Shown here in pieces: positions 1-13,599 of a DNA stretch of 64,000 nt (positions within the stretch are counted from its first letter, which is position 1; each line of letters begins with the position of its first letter). Made by a program: the position numbers and the translations under genes. The notes under the pieces are model-generated. The model was not told the origin of the DNA. It worked only from the letters and a program-made list of their open reading frames with translations, and ran no database searches. The DNA comes from Octopus vulgaris (taxonomy: Eukaryota): assembly GCA_951406725.2 (NCBI GenBank), contig OX597821.1, positions 99,882,001 through 99,946,000 on the forward strand. Direction: 5' to 3'.

Positions 1-263
1 AACAACTGATGAAGGGTCCTTCTTTATGGTGTTTGCCTTGTTTTCCATTTGTGTCTTTCACTGTTCGAAAAAATAGCTCATATTCTATCTACTTGTACTT
101 TTTTATTGTTGTACACGTTTCGTGACGTCCTGTGCCCACATATGGTTATATATATACGTATAAATGTAAGTATGTGCATATACGTATGTATATATGCATA
201 TATATATAATTTATATTATATTATATTATATTGTATTGTATTATATTGTCTTATATTAAATAT

Positions 264-297
<34 letters not shown>

Positions 298-702
298 GAT
301 ACAAAATGATGATAACTACTTAGAAAGCGTTTTCTTGGCTGTGCTGTGTTCTATTTTCTAGCAGAAAATTTCTCATAAGTAATCTATTTTGTTGGTTATT
401 TTCAATATTGTACTCTCTATGATAATATCGGCGTCGTTTGGTAGGCTCCGTACCACATTATGTTATATCATTGAAGAACAAGTGTTGCCTGTCTGATATA
501 TACAGTGTTCTTCCATAAGAATACACTTAATATCTTGCAATATATTGTTGCATGGAAATGTGGATAACTGATTCTTGGATTTTGTGGTGGTGTTGGTGGT
601 GGTGGTGAGGAATTTGCTACGCTGAATGGGTAAAGGCGATTTTTTTCTTTTGTTCTTTGTAGTGGTTACGTTTCATCAGTGTTGCTGTTGATGGCTAATT
701 TC

Positions 703-705
<3 letters not shown>

Positions 706-745
<40 letters not shown>

Positions 746-803
746 CTTCCCCCACAGACACACATACGCATATACACACATATATACATATATAAAAGCA
801 CAC

Positions 804-838
<35 letters not shown>

Positions 839-893
839 GTCTTTCCCCACAGACACACATACGCATATATACACATATATACATATATAAAAG

Positions 894-924
<31 letters not shown>

Positions 925-1000
925 GTCTTTCCCCACAGACACACATACGCATATATACACATATATACATATATAAAAGCACACAAACACACACACACAC
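706..1000. repeat. Compound tandem repeat, ~80-90 bp unit x3, built from CA/TA microsatellite plus the core gaggtctttccccacagacacacatacgc
   Basis: Core sequence recurs at about 742, 836 and 922. Confidence 0.85.
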
Positions 1001-2006
1001 ATAACAGTTCTGATATATGCATTGAAGGCAATTTTTCTGTTTCTCTCACATAGACACGCATACATGTGGATTGAGCAATACACGTACGTATGTATGTATG
1101 TATGTATGTATGTATGTATGTATGTATGTATGTATGTATGTATGTATGTATGTATGCACGTGTGCGTTTGTTTGTGTGCGTGCATGTGTATAACTAAGAA
1201 CTATATAAGAATGGATAAAATGATTAACAATGAAAAGACGAAAAAAGGAGAAAAAAAAGAACTGCCGTAATGGAATCGCTGCATCAAACAAATAAAGAAT
1301 GTACAACATGTATTTATGCATTTTTGTATACGACAGCAGTTATTAAGGGATTTGGGGGAACATTCCTCGTAGACAATTGAAATTTGTGAAATGCATATTT
1401 TACTAATATTAAAATAGAGAAAGTGATCGGTGAGAAAAAATGGAAGAGGCCGTTGGTTGATTGAAAACTATTCACGTTTAACGGTTTTTCCTTCACATTC
1501 GAAACAAGAGGAATATACCAAAATTTCAAAAAATTTCAGATAACCAATAAGCTTCACTTTTATTATATTTTATTCCTTCAAATTCAATAAGGAAGTACCA
1601 TCGGTGATATAGTAATAATTTTTCTTTCAAAAGTTTCTTTCAATAAAGTGTTAAAGATACAAAAAAAGAAACAAGAAATATTTGTATTAAGTTTAATATA
1701 TGGGAGACACAAAGAAAGGGAAAAAATGGCTTCCATTGTGATATTTTTTATGTTATGAGTTCAGAAATTATATCGTTTGGGGATTTCCTTTAGCAGCAAA
1801 TTCCTCTCTCTGAGTATAGCAATAAGACTCTTTCTCTCCCCTCTCTTTCTCTTACTTACGTATACACATAAATATCTATCTATGTATAAGCTCACACACA
1901 CTCTCTCTTTCACACACACATGTAAATATCGGCTGCTAGAAATAACTGCTACAACTCTTTCAAGTAAAGATAAAAACCATCTTTAAAATCAGGTAAGAAA
2001 TATTGG

Positions 2007-2221
2007 TTTCAAATTTTGGCACAAAGCCAGCAATTTCTGGGGGAGTGGGTAAGTCGATTACATCGATCCCAGTGTTCAACTGGTACTTGTTTTATCGATC
2101 CCGAAAGGATAAAAGCCAAAGTCGACCTAGGCGAAATTTGAACTCTGAACGTAAAGACGGACGAAATGTCGCTAAGCATTTTACCCGGCGTGGTAACGAT
2201 TCTGCCAGCTCACCACCTTTT
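2007..2221 (-). mobile_element. tRNA-derived SINE, family 1 (head aaggcggcgagctggcaga)
   Basis: A-box/B-box-like head on the minus strand; 18-bp TSD tcaggtaagaaatattgg at 1989-2006 and 2222-2239. Confidence 0.85.
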
Positions 2222-3563
2222 TCAGGTAAGAAATATTGGATAATTTGGTTCAGGATATACACTGTTGAAGATCAGGATGTGATGGTCACAGCTCGATCGA
2301 GGCTGACATGGAAATAAAGCACAACAACAATTTGAACAGATTAAGAGCAATCCCATCGCCCGCTAAGGCGGCGGGCTGGCAGAGTCGTTAGCACGCCGGG
2401 CGAAATGCTTATCAGTATTTCGTCCGTCATTTACGTTTTGAGTTCGACTTTGCCTTTTATCCTTTCGGAGGATCGATTTGATTAGTACCAAAGAGGGAGA
2501 TAAAAAAAACAAACAAAAAAACTGGCACCCTTCTGCCGAGCCAGTGTAGAAGAACAGACTTGAAACCAGTATGATCTTAAGCTCAAATTCATGGCCTCCA
2601 CGCCAGACCGTGGTTGGTGGAGAGAACATGCAGAGTCCTTCATCTTGTAGTGGACTGAACATAGGCAACCGAATCCAATCCAATCCAATCCAATCCAAGA
2701 GCAATCCCAACAATGACAGAGAAGTCACCCAAGCTGATGCTTCTGAACATAGACACTACAAAAAAATCTGCCGACTTAGAGTGGACTTTATCATTTCCTG
2801 CAAAGTAGCACGATGTCTGTTACAACAGAACACATCTCTACACAAACAGAAGGACGAACTAACGCGGGAGACTCCACGTCAGTAGTTTCCAGCGATACTC
2901 TGTAACTTCCTGGCGTGCCTTAACCCTTTTAATACCAACCCACATGATACAGGCCTCTCCGGCTGCATAGCCATAGCATGTGCTGCATGGGTCAACCCTT
3001 GATTTTGCATTCCACCTCGCCCGGGGCGAATCCTCTCCTCCTCATTTCCTCACTCCGCCTCACTCACCCCCTCATCCTTCTAGCTAAGCCACTATGTCCT
3101 TGGTTCTACGATACAAGCATTTTATTTTAAAGTGTTTAATCTCAATGCGTGGTACTTTGGGCAAGTAGCTTCCGCTATAGTCCCGGGCCAACCAAGTGGA
3201 TTTGGTAGACGGAAACTGAAAGAAGCTCGTCGTACCCTCCTCACGTGTGTGTACACTTGTGTGTGTGAGTGTTTGTGTTTCTCCCCACCACCACTTAATA
3301 ACCAGTGTTCGTGTGTTTACGTCCTCGTAACTTAGCGGTTCGGCAAAAGCGACTGATAGAATAAGTACCAGGCTTAAATAATTGAGTGAGTCGGAGTGGC
3401 TGTTTCAACGCTTCTCCCTCGCCATCCTCTAGGCAACGCCATTTGTATTTTGTCCACTGAGACCACGAGGCAGACAGAGAAGTCTTTCTAGTTATAGCTG
3501 TTGTGAATCTAATAAGATAAACAGGAGTAAAAAGAAAACTAAATTTAAGATGCACAAGTTAAA

Positions 3564-3594
<31 letters not shown>

Positions 3595-4154
3595 TGAAGC
3601 GCAAAACTAACTGCGGAACTCGAACCATGCATCCACAAATGCATTAGAGTAGTTTTCTGACTTTTGTTCATCTAGATTAGATATTTTAATCTTACTATTA
3701 AGAAAACAAGTTTATTTGCAAACTGAGCGAAGCAACAGAAGCGTAAAGAAATACGTAAATAAGAGTCCTATAAATAATGTATTTTAAATGGCGACATACA
3801 TCGTTTATAGATAACTTATTTACATATTTCTCGATGCTTCTGTTGTTACTTTCTAAATGTAAACACATAATTTAAGGCTTTAGAAAATCGATACTAATGC
3901 TTGAGTATCTTGAAAAACGTGTTGTAATATTTGTGTATACAAAGATGATTAATATAGCAAGGTAAAGTATGGTTTGCTGATACTTATTGTTTTTTAACAG
4001 AGCATGTCCATAAGAGATGCTATCGCGGGAAAATACTGCAGTTACTGGCCTATCAATAGTGTATATACATTCAGTATATACACTATTTTAATTTAATACT
4101 GTCGTAGTTGCATATAGTTCTTTGCAAAAAAAAAAAAAAAAAAAAAAAAATTAG

Positions 4155-4311
4155 CGGCGTGCCTGTGTGCTAAGAAGTTTGCATCGCAACCAACTGGTTC
4201 CGGGTTCAGTCCCATTGTATAGAACTTTGGGCAAGTGTTTTCTACTATACACTCGGGTCGACCAAAGCCTTGTGAGCGGATTTGGTAGATGGAAACTGAA
4301 GGAAGCCCGTC

Positions 4312-4343
<32 letters not shown>

Positions 4344-4426
4344 TTGCGTGTTTGCGTGCCTGTGTTTATGTCTATGCTTGTCTCTACCCACCACTTGACA
4401 ACCGGTGTTGGTGTGTTTACATCCCT

Positions 4427-4427
<1 letters not shown>
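4155..4427 (+). mobile_element. tRNA-derived SINE, family 2 (CORE-like ttgggcaagtg domain), 3'-truncated at an (ATT)n array
   Basis: Aligns by eye with fuller copies at 8355-8765 and 47110-47526. Confidence 0.75.
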
Positions 4428-4487
<60 letters not shown>

Positions 4488-5040
4488 ATGAGCGAGCAGA
4501 GCAGCCATCAAAGTGACACTGGGATAAAATATACGAAGCCCAGTATACCCATCATGACTACCCGTCGATAAGGGTACACCGGGCACATGCATCACAACCA
4601 TATGTGCGTGACATAGCGATCCCATATCAAGATAAACAGCGCATGATCTTGCAAGTGGGGCCCAGTTAGAATTTTCTTCATGTCGAGTAGCCCATCTCGC
4701 TCAAAAGGTCCCTGAATAAGGGTTGTTTAAGGATGTTGAACGAAACACTCATGTTTCCAAAGGTGAATTATCCAAACCCCAAAGAATCCCTCTCAACACA
4801 CGGCTATGATGCTCCCCCACTACTTCTGCTCGTGATCAGAGATGCACATATCGTCAGCCACTAAGGGACATGCTCAACTGGTTACGGTGAAACAACTGAC
4901 GAGCAAATCTGTGGTATTGAGCAGAATATTTGCTGTAGCCCATCTTTTATACCAAGACAAAACAATGTACATGATAACACTTCCAATCAGTTAAGCTTAG
5001 AAGCCACGCGAGCCACTGCGTGGTACTGCATCAGGGCATT
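4488..5040 (-). mobile_element. Unclassified ~550-bp non-coding interspersed element associated with AAT/ATT arrays
   Basis: Reverse complement is colinear with 53793-54313; both copies share the terminus aatgccctgatgcagtacc; flanked by (TTA)n and (AAT)n. The strand assignment is arbitrary. Confidence 0.8.
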
Positions 5041-5051
5041 ATAATAACAAC

Positions 5052-5104
<53 letters not shown>

Positions 5105-5125
5105 TAATAATTATTATTATTATTA

Positions 5126-5327
5126 AGGCGGCGAACTGGCAGAATCGTTAGCAAGCCGGGTGAAATGCTTAGCGGCATTCAGGTTCTGAGTTCAAATTCC
5201 GCTGAGGTTGATTTTGCCCCTCATTCTTTCGGACTTGATAAAATAAGTACCAGTTAAGCACTGGGGTCGATGTAGTCGACTTACCCCCCACCACCAGATT
5301 TCAGGCCTTGTGCCTATAGTAGAAAGG

Positions 5328-5330
<3 letters not shown>
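5126..5330 (+). mobile_element. SINE family 1 with tail B and a long (ATT)n tail
   Basis: ggcggcgaactggcagaatcgttagc head; ggccttgtgcctatagtagaaagg end followed by (ATT)n. Confidence 0.85.
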
Positions 5331-5390
<60 letters not shown>

Positions 5391-6283
5391 ATCAACACTG
5401 TAAGGACAGCAAAACTTATCTTCCTCAACACTACCAACACCACCAGTACCACCACCACCACCACCACCACCACCACCACCGTCATCGTCACCAGCACCAC
5501 GTGATCTCCATTCTCGTTAATAATCTTAGCTTGAAATTGTCGCCGTTTGAATATCTCCTGGATTGAGCTGCCCAGATGAAGATTTCAGAGGCGCCAACAT
5601 TCCATTTTAAAATATCTTCCATGAATATATTATCTTGTTCTTTTGGAGAGGACCAACCAAGCATAACTGAATATTACATGTATCGTATCGATAAATCAGT
5701 TGCGTTATATTACACTCAATAATTATGCTCTTTGTGTATTGCCTATATATGTATACGTGTGCGTATGTATGTATGTATGTATGTATGTATGTATGTATGT
5801 ATGTATGTATGTATGTATGTATGTATGTATGTATGTATGTATGTATGTATGTACCTATACATACCTATGTATGTATGTATGTATGTATGTATGTACCTAT
5901 ACATACCTATGTATGTATGTATGTATCTATCTATCTATCTATCTATCTATGTATGTATGTATGTATGTATGTATGTATGTATGTATGTATGTATGTATGT
6001 ATGTATGTATGTATGTATCTATCTATCTATCTATCAGCTTGTCTGTCTGTCTACATGTAACATAGGAATATGTGCGTGTGTATGTGTGTGTGTGCACGTG
6101 CGTGTGTGTGTGTGTGTGTGTGCGTGTGTATGTGCGTGTGTGTTAGCGTGCGTATAGGTGAAAATGTTGAAATGTAATTTTCATACATAAACATACACAT
6201 TAATATTCATTAATATTCATATATTCTTCCTTTCTTTACATACACACACATATATACGTATGTATATGAGGTGTGTGTGCACG

Positions 6284-6315
<32 letters not shown>

Positions 6316-6463
6316 GGTAAACTATTATTTCCTACACAGTAATATTGAATATGTATATATATTGTAGATTATTATTCAATGCATATACACCCGTAAATAT
6401 ATGTATATATTGATACATAAATTCTATCCCTCTCACTATATATGTGCCTATGCAAGTACCTAC

Positions 6464-6553
<90 letters not shown>

Positions 6554-8354
6554 ACATACATACATACATACATACATACATACATACATACATACATACA
6601 TGTCCATTAGCACCCACACTCGCATATACATGTGCAGACACGCCTACATATACATAATCTTTTTCTTACCTGGCAGCAGAACTTTGAATAAAATAAAAAA
6701 AAAAGGAAAACAAAAAAAAAGAACAAGCCCTAAACAAATAAGATGCAAAGTGATTCGCCATATTCTCGTCAATCTGACTGGAAATTGGTGATTTAGAGTT
6801 CCAGTATGGAATGAATGTCTACGATAAAAGCGATTTGATGTTATATCTGTAATTTATTGTGATTAAAACTTCACTGCCATTAGAGCGATTAACGTATCTA
6901 ATTTTGCACGCGATTTTTAAAAGAAAATTTAATATTTTTGGCGCTTGCTATTCGGAGACTCGATGGTGAAACCGTTGGTTAAAGAAATACGCGTCAAATA
7001 TCGTATGTATGTATGTATGTATGTATGTATGTATGTATGTATGTATGTATGTATGTATGTATTATGTATGGATGTGTATATATGGTTAAGTTAGAGTTAA
7101 TTGAAGGATCAATATTTATTTTGCAATCGGTGGACGTAACTCACGTCTCATGACAGTCACGTGATTTCGATTTTCACTTGTAGCTATATTACATTTACAT
7201 AACTATTTCATTTACATAACTTCAGTATTTACTTTAGTACAATGTAATCTCGAATATAATGCGACAAACACTTTTACTGGTTAAAAATTAGTAATATACA
7301 TTTTACCGTTTAATATATTTTATGATTTTGATTTTTTAATTTTCACTAAATTTTGTACTCTATTTTTTCATCCATATTTTTTGTTTCAAACTTATATGTT
7401 CCGCGGCAGTATGCTGAAGATTTTTGTCACTTCTTGTGTAGTCAGTAACGTAATGTCCATACTTTGAACTGTAATATTCTAAATTAAATAATAACTTTTA
7501 AACGACAGATTGTATATAACCACACGCCATCAGTGTGCTAAGAGAATTAGTAATTGCTATCGAATATTCTCGCTATATAGACGATGATACAGTGTCATAA
7601 GTATGAAGGTTTTACATTAGTCGTTATATGCCTCGGACCATCGCTTCTGGTATCTTCATTTACACAGGTTTACTGATACATTTTTCTATTTTACTTTCGA
7701 ATACAATGTTACCCCTAATATTGGTTTCAGATTTTGGCACACGGCCAGCAATTCCGGGAGAGGAACTATGTCGATTCCATCGACCTCTGTGCACAACTGG
7801 CACTTATTTTATCGATCTCAAAAGGATGAAAGGATGAAAGGCAAAGTCGGAATTTAAACTCAGAACTTATAGACGGACAAAATGCCGTTATGCATTCTGA
7901 CGATTCTACCAGTTTTCCACCTTAATGCTACCTTTAATATCGATCCTAATTAATCATATTATATTTATGGCATTATACTAGAAGATAGCCTAAACAACTG
8001 ATTATTCTATTACTTCGCTTCTCCGAACTGTTTTTAAAAATTTGGTTTTAAGTTTATATGTTCCGAGTTCATACTCGAATGTTGGTCATTCTCCTGCATA
8101 GATGGTAGTAAAATACCTAGGTGTTCGAATTGTCTTAAAGTTTGTTAACCCCGTGAATCAAACTGTTATGTTGGCCTTATATCTACAGCGTTTTCTTGGC
8201 AGCTCACCATGCATATACTAAAAGAAAAAACAAAAACAATTGCAATGTGCAATACTTCGAATATCACAAAAGAATATCACTAAAAAACCTAGATAGCCTT
8301 GTATATTTTACGACAACAGAAATTCCTTGGTTAGGAAAATTAGTTTTGAAGCGG

Positions 8355-8765
8355 TGTAGGCATGACTGTGTGGTTAAGAGGTTTGCTTTGCAACCATGTG
8401 GTTTTATGTTCAATCCCACTGCGTAGCACCTTGAGCAAATGACTTTTACTGTAGCCTCGAACTAACCAATGCTTTGTGAGTGAATCTGGTGGGCGGAATC
8501 TGTGTGGAATCCCGACGTTCTCACACATGCGTGTATCTTTGTGTTTGTGGTTGTTCCTTCCCATCTCTCACAGCTTGACAACCGGTTTGGTTGGTTTACG
8601 ATCCCGTAACACAGCAGTTCAGCGAAAGACACCGATAGAATAAATATAAGAGTTAAAAAAAATAAAAGTATTGAGTTCGATTTGTTCGACTAAAACTCTT
8701 CAAGGTGGTGTACCAGCATGGCCGTAGGCGAATGACTGAAACACTCAAAGCAAGATAAAAGATAA
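8355..8765 (+). mobile_element. SINE family 2, near full length, diverged
   Basis: tRNA-like head, accttgagcaa core, GT-rich middle, cagcatggccg...atgactgaaac tail. Confidence 0.75.
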
Positions 8766-10061
8766 CAATCTCATCGCCGACAAACTCGTAGATTTTACGA
8801 AAACAAATTCATTGATTTTGAAAATTTGTTTTGAAGGATATAATTTTCAGCGAACAAAATGGCAGCGTATCTGATGTCACAAATAAGGCTTTTGTCCACG
8901 ATTGCTTCATTTGGACGATCACTTTACTGAAGAAAACCCACTTCCTTTATTAATTATAAACATTTTAGTCAACAAATAATAAAAGGATTTTATATTTGTC
9001 CTTTATGGTTATTATACAAATCTTTAATTAATATTTGCAATGAAAATATTCCTGCTTCGAAATTAATCACTGAAAATCAAGGCAATTGTTATTTTACTTT
9101 GCAGCATATGAATTACAAGTAGCGAGCCTTTTATATTAGGATTTTAATAATTATATCCTCATTGCCTCCCACGAATAGGAAAAAAAAAAAAGAAAAAATG
9201 TGATGAGATAACTGAACGTAATTGAATCTTGGAAATAGGCACGCGTTTTCTAATACGTTCGTTTGCAGGAGATTTCATTTCCTAAATGAACCTACTTATC
9301 GTTGTTAATTTTAAAATCTGAAGATATATTTATATTTTATATTTTATGTAATGGAAAAGAACGGCTTTATGTTTGTCCTTTACATCAAAATAGGAATATT
9401 ATCTGATAGAGAATATAAACAAGTATACGAGTAATACAGGTCCGGATTAGTTTCGAACATTAAATCCTTCATGCTTTTAAGATTATCGACACTGGTTTCT
9501 TTTTGCAAGTGATCTTCATATATTCTCATTAATACATCCTCATTAGCTGTGAACAAAGATATATTTATTGAACAGCTCCAAGCTATAAGGAGATTGTTAA
9601 CTCAAATTCTAAGTAAATGATATTGCTGCCGTATATTACTTATGTTTATTAAATATTTTAATTACCCATTATGATACAGAATATTATCATTAAGACACCA
9701 CTTAGAACATTTATTGGTATCATATAAATGATATATTCATTTCGAGTTAAATTCATCGAATGATAAAAGAGACGCAATAACACGACAATACTTCCAATCT
9801 TATGTAAATATTTATCAACATATCGGCTGCTGTGATAAATACCAATACTTGTCTAAAATATTTCGCCTCAACATGTGAAAATTCACGCTACATATGTGCT
9901 GGTCAACACTGCTTTTGCTTCCTACATCTTAGCCACCGTGTTGTTGCTTTGACCTTTTATTGGATACAACTCTAAACTAGTGGTTCACAACCGGTGTTCA
10001 TTCGGGGTCCACGCAAACAGAATAGTAAACTGGAGATCTACAGTAGTATTTTAAGGGCCTG

Positions 10062-10291
10062 GCGGCGAGCTGGCAGAAAGGTTAGCACGCCGGACGAAAT
10101 ACGTAACCGTATTTCGTCTGCCGCTACGTTCTGAGTTCAAATTCCGCCGAGGTCGACTTTGCCTTTCATCCTTTCGGGGTCGATAAATTAAGTACCAGTT
10201 ACGCACTGGGGTCGATATAATCGACTTAATCCGTTTGTTTGTCCATGTTTGTCCTGTTTATGTTTAGCCTCTTGTGGGTAGTAAAGAAATA
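10062..10291 (+). mobile_element. SINE family 1 with tail A (gtgggtagtaaagaaat)
   Basis: 17-bp TSD agtattttaagggcctg at 10045-10061 and 10292-10308; gttctgagttcaaattcc B-box. Confidence 0.9.
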
Positions 10292-10377
10292 AGTATTTTA
10301 AGGGCCTGTGAAAAGCAATTTTGTTTTAGATATATTTATTGCTAGAAACAGCTAGCTTTCTTTCTCTAATGTTTTAA

Positions 10378-10720
10378 ATAATTATCTCTGCCAAGGAAGG
10401 AGGTTTTGTTTTCATCGGCGCTGGTTTGTCCGGCTGTCCCTCTGTCTGTCCGTCTGTGTGCAAAATCACCCAAAACGTTGTAAACGGTATTTGATGAAAC
10501 TTGCAGGAAAAGTTCGTAATGACACAAGGAACAGATGATGAAATTTTAGTAGTGATCCGGGAATTTTTATGGATTCTTGAAAGATTTTTCATTTGTTAAA
10601 TTTACTTTACACAAAGTATTACGTTACGTTCTTTGATTATCTCCCTTGAAAACACGTTAACCGTTTCCACGTAACCTATGGTGGTGTTGCTGTTTTCAAA
10701 GTTTATTTTCGTTTCCCTAT
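10378..10720 (+). mobile_element. Helentron-associated non-autonomous element (HINE/DINE-like)
   Basis: Start attatctctgccaaggaaggaggttttg, GTCT/GTCC microsatellite, then ttgatgaaacttg...gtgatccgg; resembles known Helentron MITE ends; right boundary approximate. Confidence 0.55.
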
Positions 10721-11329
10721 TGGTAATTTTACTCTCGTTGTGTGTATATCACTCAAGTTTTAGGTAATTGTTGTTTCTTTTTAGTTGTATGGTGAAACTA
10801 GCTTGCTGTTGTCATTGATGTATTATAACTGCTTCAGATGATTCCTGATTTTAAAGATTTTTTTTTTAATCATATGGCTGTTATTTTTTGTAACCCTGCT
10901 GATTTAACCTAAATTTGAGACACCAGCAAAAGAAGAAATAAAGATAGACTTTTTTCTATTCCAAAGAAAAACGATTTTATTCACACAAATATGCAACCGA
11001 AGAGTTTAAAATACCAGTATTGATAAGTCTGTTGACTGGGAGAACACAAACATGGTTTAAACAGCAAGCTCGGCAGGAAAGAAACGTGTGTTTAAACAGT
11101 ACAAAAACAACAAAAAATTGAAGGTGTAGTTATATACAGGTTGACGGAAGAAAAGCAGGATAAAAACGGCTTTATCGATCGCAATCTCACCTGGAATCGA
11201 TTTTTGTAATTTTTTCAAGACACGCCCTGATACCGTCGGTATCTACATATCAAATGTGAGCGCAATTGGCTGGAGGATGCTCGAGATCCTGGAAGACACA
11301 CACACAGACATATAGAACGGATTTTATAT

Positions 11330-11386
<57 letters not shown>

Positions 11387-12045
11387 CACAAAAGTGTGTG
11401 TGTGTGCATAAATGGGCATAAAACATTTTATGGTAAAAAAAAAGCATACACATATTTACACACACACATGCATACATACGCCCTCACGCACATTCACACA
11501 CGTATACGCATCTCAATAGTGAGAGCTAAATAACAAAGATGGGATAAATGCTATTCTTTAGAAGAAATATATTAACATATAACACCAAGATGACATGACA
11601 TAACATGATAACGACGATAATTCTGGAGAGATTTCATAGCAGTGTTTACACAATGAAAACCTGTTTAGAAATAACAATAGAACAGGACTGATTTATCACT
11701 TCAGACAGTCTCGTAAATATTCGCAATGTCTCGTTGTCGTGTGATGACATATTGAACAGATTTTAGTAAATTACAATGATCCTTAGAGTGTTGTTTTAAG
11801 CTAGCTTCGAAATGTTTAGGTGTAAGAAGTGAACTTGAACAATAACTTGCTAGACTGATCAAACAGTGAGTGATTAATTAGAAATATAAAACATACGTCA
11901 ATGGTTTAACTGATTTGAATATAAAGAGAATCAATTGAGCTGATCTTTACTGATTGAGAATCTATCTATAAGTCTGTCTATCTCTCTGCCTGTCTGTCTG
12001 CCTGCCTGCCTACCTGTCAGTCTACCTGTTTGCCTGCCAGTCTGC

Positions 12046-12048
<3 letters not shown>

Positions 12049-12130
<82 letters not shown>

Positions 12131-12252
12131 CATTCAAATTCCCTAGCGTTATGTAGGTGCAGAATTCACCATACATACATACATACATACATACATACAT
12201 ACATACATACATACAAACATACAAACATACATACATACATACATACATACAT

Positions 12253-12291
<39 letters not shown>

Positions 12292-12590
12292 CATACATAC
12301 ATACATACATACATACATACATACATACATACATACATACATACATACATACATACATACATACATACACCATACATACATACATACATACATACATACA
12401 TACATACATACATACATACATACATACATACATACATACATACATACATACATACATACATACATACATACATACATACATACATACATACATACATACA
12501 TACATACATACATACATACATACATACATACATACATACATACATACATACATACATACATACATACATACATACATACATACATACATA
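12049..12590. repeat. Long compound microsatellite (CTAT)n/(CATA)n
   Basis: Seen directly; one of dozens of such tracts and the source of the YVCM/IHTY ORFs. Confidence 0.95.
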
Positions 12591-12629
12591 CGTACGTACG
12601 TGTATATATATGTATATATACGTATATAT

Positions 12630-12892
12630 GAGGCCCCCTTTGAACCTACAAGGTTACACCATGCATACCGGCCTCCCCTCTCCACGTCACCAGTGTTATC
12701 CAAGGGAAAGGCAAAGGCTGATACAGTTTGGCACCAGTGACGTCGCAACTCATTTCTACAGTTGAGTGAACTGGAGCAACGTGAAATAAAGTGTCTTGCT
12801 CAAGAACACAACACGCAGCCCGGTCCGGCATTCGAACTCACAACCTCACGATCGTAAGCTCGACGCTCTAACCACTGAGCCATGCGCCTTCA
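12630..12892 (-). mobile_element. tRNA-derived SINE, family 3
   Basis: Minus-strand head ggcgcatggctcagtggttagagcg...gttcgaatgcc and central ttgagcaagacactttatttcacgttgctccag; related copy at 55204-55400 (+). Confidence 0.8.
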
Positions 12893-12893
12893 C

Positions 12894-12930
<37 letters not shown>

Positions 12931-13016
12931 TATGTCATTCAAAATGTGACCGCATCTGTACCGTTGGCGATTTTTTTTCCTCCGTCTTCCTTTCTTTGGA
13001 TCTTTCTTTTTCCTAT

Positions 13017-13051
13017 GTTTCTGACGAAGAGCTCCGCTCGAAACGTTAAAC
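13017..13051 (+). ncRNA. Minimal type-I hammerhead ribozyme motif
   Basis: gttt-CTGACGA-a-gagc(tcc)gctc-GAAAC-GTT-aaac: stem I gttt/aaac, stem II gagc/gctc, palindromic minimal stem III. Confidence 0.7.
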
Positions 13052-13165
13052 CCTCTTTCTTTCCTTCCTTCCTTCCTTCCTGAGCGTCATATAATACTAT
13101 ATTTGTTCCACGTACTCGCGTTGTGTGTTTTCTCTTTGTGTTTTCATGTTTGGATTAACTTTATA

Positions 13166-13291
<126 letters not shown>

Positions 13292-13599
13292 GTATATATA
13301 TATGTATATATATATGTATATATATATGTATATATATATGTATATATATATGTATATATATATGTATATATATATGTATATATATGTATATATATATATG
13401 TATGTATATAAATATATGTATGTATGTATGTATGTACATGTGCAGATTTGTATGTTTTGTTTTATGTATGTATTCTCAGGCACATAGTTGCATATCTAGA
13501 GATGGTCATATATATATATATGGCGGTGCCCCAGCATGGTCACAGCTCGTGAGCTGAAACTAGATAAAATAAAATAAAATAAATACAATATATATATAT

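Noticed and set aside
706-1000. Repeat-spacer-like pattern resembling a CRISPR array
   Set aside because: Intervening sequences are near-identical microsatellite, the context is eukaryotic, and there are no cas genes
5700-6157. Long ORFs such as (YVCM)n, (IHTY)n, (YLSI)n, poly-I/Y/N/L throughout the track
   Set aside because: Stop-free translations of microsatellites with no coding evidence
6670-6681. Possible 12-nt minus-strand microexon (aag|TTCTGCTGCCAG|gtaag) after a long pyrimidine tract
   Set aside because: Weak AAG acceptor, such motifs arise by chance, and it would insert 4 aa at the start of TM2; needs RNA evidence
12800-12892. tRNA gene-like sequences (also 55204 and 58540-58620)
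   Set aside because: They continue into SINE bodies and lack a clean cloverleaf; these are SINE heads, not tRNA genes
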